From the IMG/VR virus record IMGVR_UViG_3300020477_001008, positions 124,001-188,000 of that record: a stretch of 64,000 bases of DNA, one strand, 5' to 3'. Under the pieces are notes generated by a model that saw only the letters and a list, made by a program, of their open reading frames with translations, did no database searches and was not told where the DNA came from. The position numbers were made by a program, and so were the translations under genes. Shown here in pieces: positions 1 to 9,640 of the stretch (positions are counted from its first letter, which is position 1; every line of letters starts with the position of its first letter).

Positions 1-1
1 G

Positions 2-166
2 TTTACAACTAATAATATAGGTGATAAAATTGGTATGAAATGGGGCGATCCTAAATTAGCAATAGGTTGGTTACCTGTTGGAAGAATGATAACAAATATT
101 GATTACCAAGAATTAATAGGTATTAATGAAATTAAAAAAGTTGACTATTTAGAAAAAACAAGTTAG
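2..166 (+). CDS. 3' end of a gene entering from the left edge (unknown function)
   Basis: Open frame from position 2 (FTTNNIGDKIGMKWGDPKLAIGWLPVGRM...KTS) to TAG at 164-166; not in the ORF track. Confidence 0.6.
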   Translation, partial: FTTNNIGDKIGMKWGDPKLAIGWLPVGRMITNIDYQELIGINEIKKVDYLEKTS

Positions 167-169
167 TAT
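141..169 (+). promoter_or_regulatory. sigma70-type promoter; ATG of dNMP kinase lies 5 nt after the -10
   Basis: TTGACT(141-146)-N17-TAGTAT(164-169)-N5-ATG(175). Confidence 0.55.
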
Positions 170-174
170 ATATT

Positions 175-804
175 ATGATAGTTGGATTAGTAGGTTTTAT
201 AGGTTCAGGAAAAGATTCAGTAGCAAAACATTTTGAAGAAAGTGGTTTTACAAGAGATTCTTTTGCGGCGCCATTAAAAGATGCTGTATCAAGTATATTC
301 AATTGGCCACGTGATATGTTAGAAGGCGATACAGATAAGAGTAGAGCATTTCGAGAAATGAGAGATACGTGGTGGTCTAGCAAATTAGAAGATAAAGGCT
401 TTACACCAAGATGGGCTTTACAATACATTGGTACAGAAATATTAAGAGATCAATTTAATCATAATATTTGGCTTCATAGTTTAGAAAATAGATATATGGC
501 TAAAGGTAGAAAACAAACTATTGTTAGTGATTGTAGATTTAAAAATGAAGTTGGATTAATTAAAACTTTAGGTGGATATGTAGTTAGAGTTAAAAGAGGG
601 CCAGATCCACATTGGTACGAAATGGCTAAAGAAGCCGCTTCAGGCGATAAATTTGCACAACATAGTTTATATGAAATGGGCGTACATCAAAGTGAATGGG
701 ACTGGGTTAATACTAGAGTAGATTTTGTAGTTGAAAATTCAGGATCATTAGATGATCTATCAAAAGGTGTTCAGAACATTGTCGCTCAAATTAATAAAAA
801 TTAA
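175..804 (+). CDS. deoxynucleoside monophosphate kinase (T4 gp1-like)
   Basis: N-terminal P-loop GFIGSGKD, SFAAPLK, PRWALQYIGTE and IVSDCRFKNE motifs. Confidence 0.9.
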   Translation: MIVGLVGFIGSGKDSVAKHFEESGFTRDSFAAPLKDAVSSIFNWPRDMLEGDTDKSRAFREMRDTWWSSKLEDKGFTPRWALQYIGTEILRDQFNHNIWLHSLENRYMAKGRKQTIVSDCRFKNEVGLIKTLGGYVVRVKRGPDPHWYEMAKEAASGDKFAQHSLYEMGVHQSEWDWVNTRVDFVVENSGSLDDLSKGVQNIVAQINKN

Positions 805-1095
805 TTAAAACGACAAATGCTCATCAGTTTCTAATAGTGGTAAACTTGTTGAAGCAACAGGTTCTATATCTAAAGCATCATATTCTGCTCTAGTAATATT
901 CCATTCTTCTGTTATAACTAAATCACTACCAACAATTTCAGATTTAAAATTTATTCTTCCATTTTCAGTAGCCCAAGTTTGATAGTCTTTACCATACTTG
1001 TTCTCGTAGTACTGTGAACCAGTACCATTTTCTTGTCTGCCTGCTACTAAATCTATTGCACCGGCAGAACCGTCAGTTTTCCAAGAAATTTTCAT
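805..1095 (-). CDS. hypothetical protein, tandem paralog A
   Basis: 96 aa; shares ISWKTDGS.GA, GSD.VITEEW.I.RAEYDAL and LP..ET..HLSF with the 1125..1397 protein. Confidence 0.8.
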   Translation of the reverse strand: MKISWKTDGSAGAIDLVAGRQENGTGSQYYENKYGKDYQTWATENGRINFKSEIVGSDLVITEEWNITRAEYDALDIEPVASTSLPLLETDEHLSF

Positions 1096-1124
1096 TGTTA
1101 CTTCCTTACTTTAAAAATTTAAAA

Positions 1125-1397
1125 TTACGCAAAAGATAAATGATCGCTAGTTTCAACAACTGGTAATGCACTACCATCAGCTGAATGATCAATACCTAAT
1201 GCATCATATTCTGCTCTTGAGATGGACCATTCTTCAGTAATAACGATGTCACTACCAACTTCTTCCCATCTGTAATCTGTTCTTCCGTTAGCATCGGCCC
1301 AAGATCTGTAACTAGTATGCTTATCACCGTTTTCTAACCAATTTTTTACTGTGTCAACTGCGCCTGTTGAACCATCAGTTTTCCAAGATATCATCAT
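1125..1397 (-). CDS. hypothetical protein, tandem paralog B
   Basis: 90 aa; SD AAGGAG upstream; obvious paralog of 805..1095. Confidence 0.8.
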   Translation of the reverse strand: MMISWKTDGSTGAVDTVKNWLENGDKHTSYRSWADANGRTDYRWEEVGSDIVITEEWSISRAEYDALGIDHSADGSALPVVETSDHLSFA

Positions 1398-1435
1398 AGT
1401 ATAATGCTCCTTTTTAATAATATATATTATGTTTG

Positions 1436-1443
1436 TATTTATA
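1436..1443 (-). promoter_or_regulatory. T4-type late promoter TATAAATA driving the paralog pair
   Basis: Reverse complement of tatttata at 1436-1443 is the T4 late consensus. Confidence 0.6.
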
Positions 1444-1471
1444 CAGTAATATATAAAATTTAAGTGATTTA

Positions 1472-1897
1472 CTATAATTTAACGTCTATGCCCATAGAAC
1501 GTGCCTGTCCACTTACAATTTTAACAGCGGCTTCAAGATCGTGTGCATTTAAGTCTTCCATCTTTTCTTTAGCTATATCTTCTACTTGAGCTTTAGTTAA
1601 TGTTGCAATTCTTGATCTACCAGGAGTTCTAGAACCTTTTTTCAGCTTTAATTTTTCTCTAATTAAAAAAGATGTAGGTGGTTGTTTTGTAATAAATTTA
1701 AAACTTTTATCTTTAAAAACAGTGATAATGACAGGTATAACTTTACCCATTTTATCTTTAGTTTTATCATTAAATTGTTTACAAAAGTCCATTATGTTAA
1801 CACCTTTTTGACCTAGTGCTGGACCTACTGGTGGAGCTGGATTGGCCTTGCCTGCTTCTATCTGTAATTTTAGCATTCCTGCTATTTCTTTTGCCAT
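1472..1897 (-). CDS. rplK: 50S ribosomal protein uL11
   Basis: [40 protein letters not shown] and G.ARSMGI motifs; true start MAKE at 1897 with SD AAGGA (the ORF track start at 1948 is upstream). Confidence 0.97.
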   Translation of the reverse strand: MAKEIAGMLKLQIEAGKANPAPPVGPALGQKGVNIMDFCKQFNDKTKDKMGKVIPVIITVFKDKSFKFITKQPPTSFLIREKLKLKKGSRTPGRSRIATLTKAQVEDIAKEKMEDLNAHDLEAAVKIVSGQARSMGIDVKL

Positions 1898-1919
1898 ATA
1901 ATCCTTTGTTGCGACAAAG

Positions 1920-1948
1920 ATAATACGAAGTTTTTTAAGTAAAGTCAA
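1920..1948 (-). promoter_or_regulatory. sigma70-type promoter of rplK
   Basis: Minus strand TTGACT(1948-1943)-N17-TATTAT(1925-1920). Confidence 0.7.
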
Positions 1949-1968
1949 ATGGTTTTTTAGCCAGTATT

Positions 1969-2355
1969 CTAAGGTTTATCAGGCATTAATCCGCCTTGCT
2001 TCCAACCTATTTCTTCTACTGCTTTTATACGACCACAGTTAGCACAAATAGTTTTTAAATTGTTCCAACTAGCATTTTTTAAATTACCATCTATATGATA
2101 AACATCCATTTGTGCAGGATGTTTAGATTTAAATGCACATTTTTCACATATAGACTTTTTTCTATAACCAGCTTTTTCCCAAGAGCTTTTAAAACCAGTC
2201 TTTAATCCTAGACCTTCTTTAATACATTGGTCACACTTACTACGATAGTAGATTTTACCTTTTCTTTTGTAGTTAAAGGCACTCGGCCTCTGTTTACATT
2301 TAGAGCATAAGGGTCTTACGTGCTTTATTTCACTGGTGTCGTTTATATCTTCCAT
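1969..2355 (-). CDS. Zn-finger / HNH-like protein
   Basis: Three CxxC pairs plus HIDGN...NL.T.CANC, HNH-like but lacking the last His; TAAATA-N6-ATG. Confidence 0.6.
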   Translation of the reverse strand: MEDINDTSEIKHVRPLCSKCKQRPSAFNYKRKGKIYYRSKCDQCIKEGLGLKTGFKSSWEKAGYRKKSICEKCAFKSKHPAQMDVYHIDGNLKNASWNNLKTICANCGRIKAVEEIGWKQGGLMPDKP

Positions 2356-2489
2356 ATATTGTATTTAATACCTTTAAAGGCGATCTTGAATAGGGTACTT
2401 TTTGCAGAAATACAATAAATATAAGCATTAACATAGGACTAGTTTATATTATTAATATAACAGAATATAAGCAGGGAGGATAATAGATT

Positions 2490-5400
2490 ATGCCAACATT
2501 AGTATCACCAGGTGTATCAGTTTCAGTAACTGATGAATCAATGTATGCTCCAGCTGGCCAAGGTACAGTACCACTAGTAGTAGTTGCGACTGCAGAGAAT
2601 AAAACAGATCCAAGTACTAGTAATATAGCAATAGGTACAACTTCGGCAAATGCAGGAAAACCATACCTTGTAACATCACAAAGAGAACTGGTTACAACCT
2701 TTGGCGAACCTAAGTTTCAATCACTAGCTGGAGTACAGCTAAATGGTGATGAAAGAAACGAATACGGTTTGCTATCAACATATTCATATTTAGGTATCTC
2801 AAACAGAGCTTATGTAGTAAGAGCTAACGTGGATTTAGCAGAGCTAGAAGGAACATCAACAGCTCCTAAATTAGCCCCGGCAAATGGCACATATTGGTTA
2901 GATACTGCAGAGACAGATTGGGGTATATTTACAGCTAACACTACGTCAAGTGCGTGGGAAAAGCTAACACCAACAGTATTAACAGACACACCAGGAGCAG
3001 GTGGAAGTAGAGTAAACAATACAGCAGACAAAGATCCAGTAACAACATATGGTCAAGATAATGACTATGTTTTAGTTGCATCGGCATCTCCAGCCAAGTT
3101 ATGGCAGAAGATTTCAGGAACTTGGGAAGTTGTAGGTTCACCATCTTGGAAGTCAGCAACAAGTGCCAACACATATATACAGCCAGGCACAGGCACAGCG
3201 CCAACAGTAGCGGCATCAGGTGCATATAGAGACGTTTGGTTAAAATCAACACCAGGCGGACAAGGTGCTAATATAGCCGTTAAATCATACTCAACATCAA
3301 CAGCAAAATGGACTTCATTGTCAGCTAACTTGTATTCAAGAGACGACGCGGCAACAGCCACTGAAGGTTCATCATTAGCACAGAACGATGTTTATGTACA
3401 ATTTGACGACTTTGATGACGGTAATATTGCGGCACAGTTAGAAGCAACATTTACTTCTACAGCGGCAACTTTATCATCAGTAGCTTTTGGTAAAACATCA
3501 ATTGAACAATATAACACAGCGGCAAGTAAAACACCGGAAATTATGTACACTCTAAAAATTAGAGGTTCAGGAACAGAATCATCAATCACAGGTACAGCAA
3601 TGGCTTTAATTGGTGGAGTTCCAGGTGTAGATTTAGCGGCAACTAAAACAGCTATCAACTTTGAGCTTAACGGTTACGACTTTAACGTTACAGCGGCAGG
3701 TGGTGCAGGTTCACACGTTACGTTAGCAGAGATTGTTACATCAATTAATAACGGTCAAGCAAACACAGGTAACGTAGTAGCTTCAATTGATTATAGAAGT
3801 GCAACAGATCAAAGATTAAATTTAACAAGAGCAGGTGGTTACGAAATTTACTTACAAGACGGAACAGATGCAGGAACAGTAGTAGGTATTCAAACTGCTA
3901 ACCTAGGTTTTGTAGATAACACTTCAACAGGTTCAACAGCATTTAAACATTTTTCATTATGGTCAGATGCAACGTATGAAGCAAGTGATTCAACACCTAC
4001 AAGCTCACCGGTAGATGGAACATTATGGTACAAATCAACACAAGATGCAGATATCTATATTGCTGAAAACGATGGCGGAACAATGAAATGGAAAGCTTAC
4101 GTAAACAGTAAAGATGTTGCTCCAACAGGATCAACAGCATCAGGTGGTTTAAGAGACTTACAAATTGTTTCAGCAGAACCAACAAAACAATCAGATGGTA
4201 CAGCTTTAGCTAACGGCGATATTTGGATTGATTCAGATGAATTAGATTCATATCCAAAAATTTACAAATATAATTCAGGTACAAGTAAATGGGTATTGTT
4301 AGACAATACTGATCAAAGTACAGCAGACGGAGTTATTTTTGCAGACGCAGTTGGTAATCCGGGCGGTGCAGATCAAGATGCTCAAGGATGGGGATCAAAC
4401 TATACAGCTTTCCATTCAGACGCAACTGATCCAGCAACAGCACCAGCTGGTATCTTATTGTTTAATACAAGATTATCAGGTTACAATGTTAAGAAGTATA
4501 CAGTAAATTATACTTACAACAGTACAAACAACGGTAATGTATGGGTTTCAACATCTGGATTAAGAACAGATGGTAGTCCATATATGGGAAGAGCGGCACA
4601 AAGAAATACAGTAGTAACTTCAATGCAGTCAGCTCTTGCAAGTAACGAAGAAATTAGAGCAGAGTCAAGATTCTTTAATATTATAACGGCACCTGGATAT
4701 CCAGAAATGGTCGATGAGATGATTACTCTATCTACTGATAGAAAACAAACAGCTTTCGTACTTGCTGACACACCATTTAGATTAAAACCAAGCGGAACAA
4801 CAGTTCAAGCTTGGGCAACTAACTCGAACAATGCGGCTACAAACGGTGAAGATGGTTTAACATCAGCTTCTCCATATGCGGCAGTTTATTATCCATCAGG
4901 TTATTCAACTGACTTGGCAGGTAGTAACGTAGTAGTTCCACCATCGCATATTGCGTTAAGAACTCTTGCATTTAACGATCAAGTTGCTTATCCTTGGTTT
5001 GCTCCAGCAGGTTTCACTAGAGGTTTAGTAGGTAACTCAACTTCAGTTGGTTACGTTACTGGCGAAGGTGAATTCCAAGCTGTAACATTATCAGAAGGTC
5101 AAAGAGACACTATGTACGCAAACAAAGTTAATCCGATTGCGTTTATTCCAAACAGAGGATTAGTTGTATTTGGTCAAAAGACTTTAAGTTCAACTGCATC
5201 TGCAATGGATAGAATTAACGTAGCTAGATTGATTGTGTACTTAAGATATCATTTAGACTTAATTGCTAAACCGTTCTTGTTTGAACCAAATGATAGAATT
5301 ACTAGAGATCAAGTAACAGACACGTTTAACAGATTCTTAGAAGATCTAACATCGAAAAGAGCTTTGTTTGACTTCTTAGTAGTTTGTGACGAAACTAATA

Positions 5401-5525
5401 ACACTGGCACTAGAATTGATAAGAATGAATTATGGATTGATATTGCAATACAACCAGTAAAAGCAGTAGAATTCATTTACATTCCATTACGTATCAAAAA
5501 TACTGGTGAAAGTTTAACAAGTTAA
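2490..5525 (+). CDS. contractile tail sheath protein (gp18-like)
   Basis: N-terminal LVSPGVSVSVTDES; C-terminal WFAPAGFTRG, NKVNPI, VVFGQKTL, DRINVARL, FLFEPND and IQPVKAVEFIYIP. Confidence 0.97.
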   Translation: MPTLVSPGVSVSVTDESMYAPAGQGTVPLVVVATAENKTDPSTSNIAIGTTSANAGKPYLVTSQRELVTTFGEPKFQSLAGVQLNGDERNEYGLLSTYSYLGISNRAYVVRANVDLAELEGTSTAPKLAPANGTYWLDTAETDWGIFTANTTSSAWEKLTPTVLTDTPGAGGSRVNNTADKDPVTTYGQDNDYVLVASASPAKLWQKISGTWEVVGSPSWKSATSANTYIQPGTGTAPTVAASGAYRDVWLKSTPGGQGANIAVKSYSTSTAKWTSLSANLYSRDDAATATEGSSLAQNDVYVQFDDFDDGNIAAQLEATFTSTAATLSSVAFGKTSIEQYNTAASKTPEIMYTLKIRGSGTESSITGTAMALIGGVPGVDLAATKTAINFELNGYDFNVTAAGGAGSHVTLAEIVTSINNGQANTGNVVASIDYRSATDQRLNLTRAGGYEIYLQDGTDAGTVVGIQTANLGFVDNTSTGSTAFKHFSLWSDATYEASDSTPTSSPVDGTLWYKSTQDADIYIAENDGGTMKWKAYVNSKDVAPTGSTASGGLRDLQIVSAEPTKQSDGTALANGDIWIDSDELDSYPKIYKYNSGTSKWVLLDNTDQSTADGVIFADAVGNPGGADQDAQGWGSNYTAFHSDATDPATAPAGILLFNTRLSGYNVKKYTVNYTYNSTNNGNVWVSTSGLRTDGSPYMGRAAQRNTVVTSMQSALASNEEIRAESRFFNIITAPGYPEMVDEMITLSTDRKQTAFVLADTPFRLKPSGTTVQAWATNSNNAATNGEDGLTSASPYAAVYYPSGYSTDLAGSNVVVPPSHIALRTLAFNDQVAYPWFAPAGFTRGLVGNSTSVGYVTGEGEFQAVTLSEGQRDTMYANKVNPIAFIPNRGLVVFGQKTLSSTASAMDRINVARLIVYLRYHLDLIAKPFLFEPNDRITRDQVTDTFNRFLEDLTSKRALFDFLVVCDETNNTGTRIDKNELWIDIAIQPVKAVEFIYIPLRIKNTGESLTS

Positions 5526-5532
5526 TTTAACC

Positions 5533-5562
5533 TTAAAGGGGTAGTGAAAGCTATCCCTTTAA
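5533..5562 (+). terminator. 13-bp hairpin with GAAA tetraloop after the sheath gene (terminator or mRNA-processing stem)
   Basis: TTAAAGGGGTAGT-GAAA-GCTATCCCTTTAA with two G-U pairs. Confidence 0.7.
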
Positions 5563-5637
5563 ATTACCTTTAATAAATTTTTTGCCTAGGCATTAATTTA
5601 GTAAAGTTGTAAATATTAATATAAGGAGCATTTTAAA

Positions 5638-6234
5638 ATGGCAACACTTTCAAAATTTGGTGTACCGATAGACGGATCAACAGGACGTGGTGGTATCTTA
5701 CAACCTAAATTAAAATATAGATTTAGAGTTAGATTCACAGGTTTTGGATCTGTAGGACAATCTCCATTGCAACTTACACAACAAGTGATGAACATAACTA
5801 GACCTAAAGTTTCTCACGAGGAAGTACCTATTCACTCATATAACTCAATCGCTTATATGCAAGGTAAACATACTTGGGAAGCTATCAACATTACATTACG
5901 TGATGATATTAATAATAATATTTCAAAACTAGTTGGTGGACAAGTACAGAAACAAATGAACCACTTTGAACAAACTTCTGCAATATCAGGTTCAAGATAT
6001 AAATTTGGCACTAAGATTGAAATCTTAGATGGTACAAATAATACTGAACTAGAGCAGTGGGATTTAGAGGGTTGTTTCTTGCAAAACGTTGATTACTCAG
6101 ACGGTGACTACGCAGTATCAGAACCAGTTCAAGTTATCTTGACGCTGAAATATGATAATGCTATTCATACAGCACCAGGTGATACAATATTCCCATTCAG
6201 TTCGCTTTCGGCTTTTAGTGGCTCGGGAGTATAA
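5638..6234 (+). CDS. tail tube protein (gp19-like)
   Basis: Follows the sheath gene; QPKLKYRFRV, GKHTWEAINITLRDD, GCFLQNVDYS and LTLKYDNA tube-like pattern. Confidence 0.9.
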   Translation: MATLSKFGVPIDGSTGRGGILQPKLKYRFRVRFTGFGSVGQSPLQLTQQVMNITRPKVSHEEVPIHSYNSIAYMQGKHTWEAINITLRDDINNNISKLVGGQVQKQMNHFEQTSAISGSRYKFGTKIEILDGTNNTELEQWDLEGCFLQNVDYSDGDYAVSEPVQVILTLKYDNAIHTAPGDTIFPFSSLSAFSGSGV

Positions 6235-6262
6235 TCCTTATTAATTTATTAAGGAGGCTGAA

Positions 6263-7486
6263 ATGGCAACAGAACAGGATATAGCACTACATCCAGCGAA
6301 TCGTGCCGCTCATCTCTATTTGAGCGGCACTAATAACGAGACTAGACGTGCTGATCAATTTTTTATCGTTTTTAACTTATATCCAATTGACGATGATTTC
6401 CTACAAGCAAAATATTCATATCTAAAAGAGTTTAGAGATAGATTACATTTTCTTTGTCATACAGCTGAAGGACCAAAATTTCAGATTCAGCAAGATGTAA
6501 TGAATCAATACAATAGGAAAAGAGTTATTAATAGAAAAGTTGATTATGATCCTGTTAGTATAAGAATGTATGATACAGTTGATGGATTAGCTTTAAAATT
6601 TGCAAAATTATTATACGAATTTGAATTCCAAAATGCTAGATTGTATTCATCTAGACAGCAAGGACCTTCTGTAACAACAGGTTCAAAATCAGATAATTTC
6701 CAAGAATCAGTTTTAACTAATGAAAATCAATTTAAAAAAACTCATAACTTTGGTATGATTGCTCAAAAAGGTCATCAACATAGATTACTTAAAAGTATAG
6801 ATTTATATCAACTTCAAGGCAAGTTATATAGCAAAGCAAGAATGGTACATCCTAGATTATCAAGAATGGATATGGATCAATTTGATTATGCTTCAAGTGC
6901 CATAACAAATGTTTCATTAGCATTCCAATATGAAAATTTAATGTTTGATGAAGTGGCTGTTAAAATGCAAGGCTTACCAGCTAACGTAAAAACTGCATTT
7001 ACTGAATCATCTGGAAAATATGAAGATTGGGTTAGATCTACAGCTACAGAAAATACTGACGCTCCAGCTGATGACGGAATTAATTCAGTTATTGTAGAAG
7101 ACGGTATTGCAGGAAGTTATAAAAATAATGAAGTTACAGCAGATGATGGATTTGCAACAGCTGATAATGTTCAAAGTTCAGATATGCAAAAATCAGTTAC
7201 AAGTAAGTTTTCACTTCCAACAAATAATATTTTAAATAAAGTTCACCAAGCTGTATATAGAACTACAGTAACAAATCAAAATACATCTTCTGAACTAAAG
7301 GCATTGAACGCCACTTTAAGTTCAGCACAGTTAACTGCTGAAAGAGATAAAATAATTGCTAATGGTCCTACTAGTAATACATTAGATGCCAAAGCGGCAC
7401 ATAAAGAAAATATTGCAATTTACGATCAAGCAATTGCAAATAAAAAAACTGACGAAGCAAATAATAAATCAGGAACTTGGACGTAA
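6263..7486 (+). CDS. tube-fold baseplate/tail-tube initiator protein (gp19/gp48/gp54-like)
   Basis: GPKFQI..DVMNQYNRKR....KVDYDPVSIRMYD and ..VSLAFQYE tube-fold pattern, with a C-terminal extension. Confidence 0.65.
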   Translation: MATEQDIALHPANRAAHLYLSGTNNETRRADQFFIVFNLYPIDDDFLQAKYSYLKEFRDRLHFLCHTAEGPKFQIQQDVMNQYNRKRVINRKVDYDPVSIRMYDTVDGLALKFAKLLYEFEFQNARLYSSRQQGPSVTTGSKSDNFQESVLTNENQFKKTHNFGMIAQKGHQHRLLKSIDLYQLQGKLYSKARMVHPRLSRMDMDQFDYASSAITNVSLAFQYENLMFDEVAVKMQGLPANVKTAFTESSGKYEDWVRSTATENTDAPADDGINSVIVEDGIAGSYKNNEVTADDGFATADNVQSSDMQKSVTSKFSLPTNNILNKVHQAVYRTTVTNQNTSSELKALNATLSSAQLTAERDKIIANGPTSNTLDAKAAHKENIAIYDQAIANKKTDEANNKSGTWT

Positions 7487-7489
7487 GAT

Positions 7490-7930
7490 ATGGCAGTAGA
7501 TAGTACAAAAGCAGTTGAGAGTTTAGGAGCAATTAAAACCATTATAAAACAATTTGGTAAAATTACTTCTTCAATGGGAGGTGGAAACAACGTTGATATT
7601 TCTCAAACCGTTTTAGAAAACATTGGTGGCAGACCAGAATTTATTAATGGTCAACAATTTGAATTAATAAAAGGCATCTTTCAACAACATACTGATAATG
7701 AAAATTTAGCTACGGCTTATGCATTATTAACTACAGATGCTATGAAGAAATTTAATACAGAATACGAACAATTGTTTGAACAAATAAACAATGAAGATGG
7801 TAGTGTAAATTTAAGATTTAGTCAATTAGGCGTTGCATTACTTAATAATTATAGACCATCTACAAGTCAAATTGGTATAAAAGTTGCACAAAATACACAA
7901 CCTTACGTGGCACGTAATATTATCGTTTAA
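7490..7930 (+). CDS. hypothetical protein (tail cluster)
   Basis: 146 aa ORF tightly packed after the tube-like gene. Confidence 0.75.
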   Translation: MAVDSTKAVESLGAIKTIIKQFGKITSSMGGGNNVDISQTVLENIGGRPEFINGQQFELIKGIFQQHTDNENLATAYALLTTDAMKKFNTEYEQLFEQINNEDGSVNLRFSQLGVALLNNYRPSTSQIGIKVAQNTQPYVARNIIV

Positions 7931-7951
7931 TAACCCTGGTTAAATAACTGT

Positions 7952-8380
7952 ATGGCACAGTTTCATAGAGGCACATTTAAACCTAAAAATCCATCGAAGT
8001 ATGCTGGAAAGCGACTTCCAATATATAGGTCTGGTTGGGAATTAACATTTATGCGAATGTGTGATAACCATCCTGCTGTTTTAAGTTGGGCAAGTGAACC
8101 AGTAAGAATACCATATCGTAATCCTTTCACTGGAAAATATACAATGTATGTTCCAGATTTTATAATGGTATATCAAAACAAAAGTGGAAAGAAAATTGGT
8201 GAGCTTGTTGAAATAAAACCAAAAGCACAAACACTAGTTGAACAAGCTAAAACAAGAAATGATAAAATGAAAATCCTATTAAACAGAGAAAAGTGGAAAG
8301 CGGCTGGAGAATGGGCAAAAAGAAAAGGATTAAGATTTAGAATTATAAATGAAGATTCAATTTATTCAATTAAAAAATAA
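7952..8380 (+). CDS. head completion protein (T4 gp4-like, TnsA-type nuclease fold)
   Basis: G.FKPKNPSKY, YRSGWE..FM..CD, WASE...IPY, Y.PDF, VEIKP and KW.AA. Confidence 0.9.
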   Translation: MAQFHRGTFKPKNPSKYAGKRLPIYRSGWELTFMRMCDNHPAVLSWASEPVRIPYRNPFTGKYTMYVPDFIMVYQNKSGKKIGELVEIKPKAQTLVEQAKTRNDKMKILLNREKWKAAGEWAKRKGLRFRIINEDSIYSIKK

Positions 8381-8381
8381 C

Positions 8382-8410
8382 TTGTTATTGTGGATAAATT
8401 GTGTTATGAT
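8382..8410 (+). promoter_or_regulatory. sigma70-type promoter with extended -10; ATG 5 nt downstream
   Basis: TTGTTA-N17-TGn-TATGAT(8405-8410)-N5-ATG(8416). Confidence 0.55.
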
Positions 8411-8415
8411 ATGAT

Positions 8416-8976
8416 ATGAATAAAAAATTAGAAGATACATTTGATTTACCAAGTATGGAAGAAGCTTTGGAAAATGCTAAAGATAAAGAGCAAAAATCTG
8501 AAAGCAAAGAGAAAGTAGAAAAACCAGCTGACGAAAAGGTAATTGAAGAGCTTAAAATTAAAAAAGCACTAACAACAGCAGAAAAAATTGATAGAGCATT
8601 ACCACAAGTTAAAGACTTAGAAACTCACGATGAAGATATGGACGTGTATTCAGATGAAGCTATGAAGTCATATAAAGAATTAATGGATTTAGGTATGAAT
8701 TCTGAGGCTAGACACGCCGGTAAAATGTTTGAAGTTGCGGCTACTATGCTTAAAAATGCAGTAGAATCTAAGAATGCAAAAGCTGATAAAAAGCTTAGAA
8801 TGATTGAATTACAGCTTAAAAAACAGCGGGTAGATCAGTGGGATAAACGTGATGATAAGCAAGATGAAGTAATAGAAGGTGAAGGATATGTGGTTGGAGA
8901 CCGTAATAAGCTACTAGATCAGCTAATTCAGAAGGTTCAGGAAACCGACTCAGAATCCGATAAGGAGGATAAATAA
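8416..8976 (+). CDS. helical protein, possibly small terminase subunit (gp16-like)
   Basis: RHAGKMFEVAATMLK resembles the gp16 HPRAYEV..QLIK motif; remote similarity only. Confidence 0.45.
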   Translation: MNKKLEDTFDLPSMEEALENAKDKEQKSESKEKVEKPADEKVIEELKIKKALTTAEKIDRALPQVKDLETHDEDMDVYSDEAMKSYKELMDLGMNSEARHAGKMFEVAATMLKNAVESKNAKADKKLRMIELQLKKQRVDQWDKRDDKQDEVIEGEGYVVGDRNKLLDQLIQKVQETDSESDKEDK

Positions 8977-8980
8977 TTAT

Positions 8981-9640
8981 ATGAAGACATTTACACAATA
9001 TCTATCTGAAGCGGTTAAAGAAATTCCAGTAAGAATTAAACTGGCTACAGATTTATCAGACGATATGATTGACATTATTGAGTCAGAATTAGCTCGTTAT
9101 GATGTAGTTAATGTTGCAAAACCAGTAAAAACTATCGTACAAGAACATCCATTAGATTTTGGTACTAAAATTAGAAATGCTGAAGTTGTTATAATTGACG
9201 CTACAGTAAGAATGCCAATATCTCCAGAAACGTTTAGAAGAAACTTATCTGATAAGTTAGGTATACCATATGATTACGTTGTAGTCAAAGGTCCTAATGA
9301 TCCATTAGAAGCTGAGAATGAAGCTGAAGTAAAAAGACAAGGTAGTACAGGTGAAGACTATGAACCTAAAATGGGTCAAGATTATACAGAAGAAGAAAGA
9401 GGCGAATCAGGTGATAAGGTTGCTGGTGAGAAATTTAAAGCTGAGTTTTTAAAAACTTTAGCAGACAACAAATCAAAAAATCCAGACAGAGCTCAAGTAG
9501 AAGTTGATGGTCCTTTAAGTGCTGAGACACCTAAAAAGGAAGATGATACTAGTCAGCCTAAAGAAGATGACAAAAAAGCAGTATCCCCATATCAAACTAA
9601 AAAAACTATATCTTTTCCAAATCACCCAAAGAAAGGATAA
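8981..9640 (+). CDS. hypothetical protein with capsid-targeting-like N-terminus
   Basis: MKTFTQYLSE matches the T4 internal-protein CTS pattern (e.g. MKTYQEFIAE); SD GGAGG. Confidence 0.7.
   Translation: MKTFTQYLSEAVKEIPVRIKLATDLSDDMIDIIESELARYDVVNVAKPVKTIVQEHPLDFGTKIRNAEVVIIDATVRMPISPETFRRNLSDKLGIPYDYVVVKGPNDPLEAENEAEVKRQGSTGEDYEPKMGQDYTEEERGESGDKVAGEKFKAEFLKTLADNKSKNPDRAQVEVDGPLSAETPKKEDDTSQPKEDDKKAVSPYQTKKTISFPNHPKKG

Noticed and set aside
1898-1948. ORF-track N-terminal extension of uL11 ([17 protein letters not shown])
   Set aside because: It overlaps the promoter; the SD and homology support a start at 1897.
2810-4771. Several minus-strand ORFs (60-103 aa) within the tail sheath gene, and similar antisense ORFs elsewhere
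   Set aside because: They are shadows of strongly supported plus-strand genes, with no SD, promoter or motifs.
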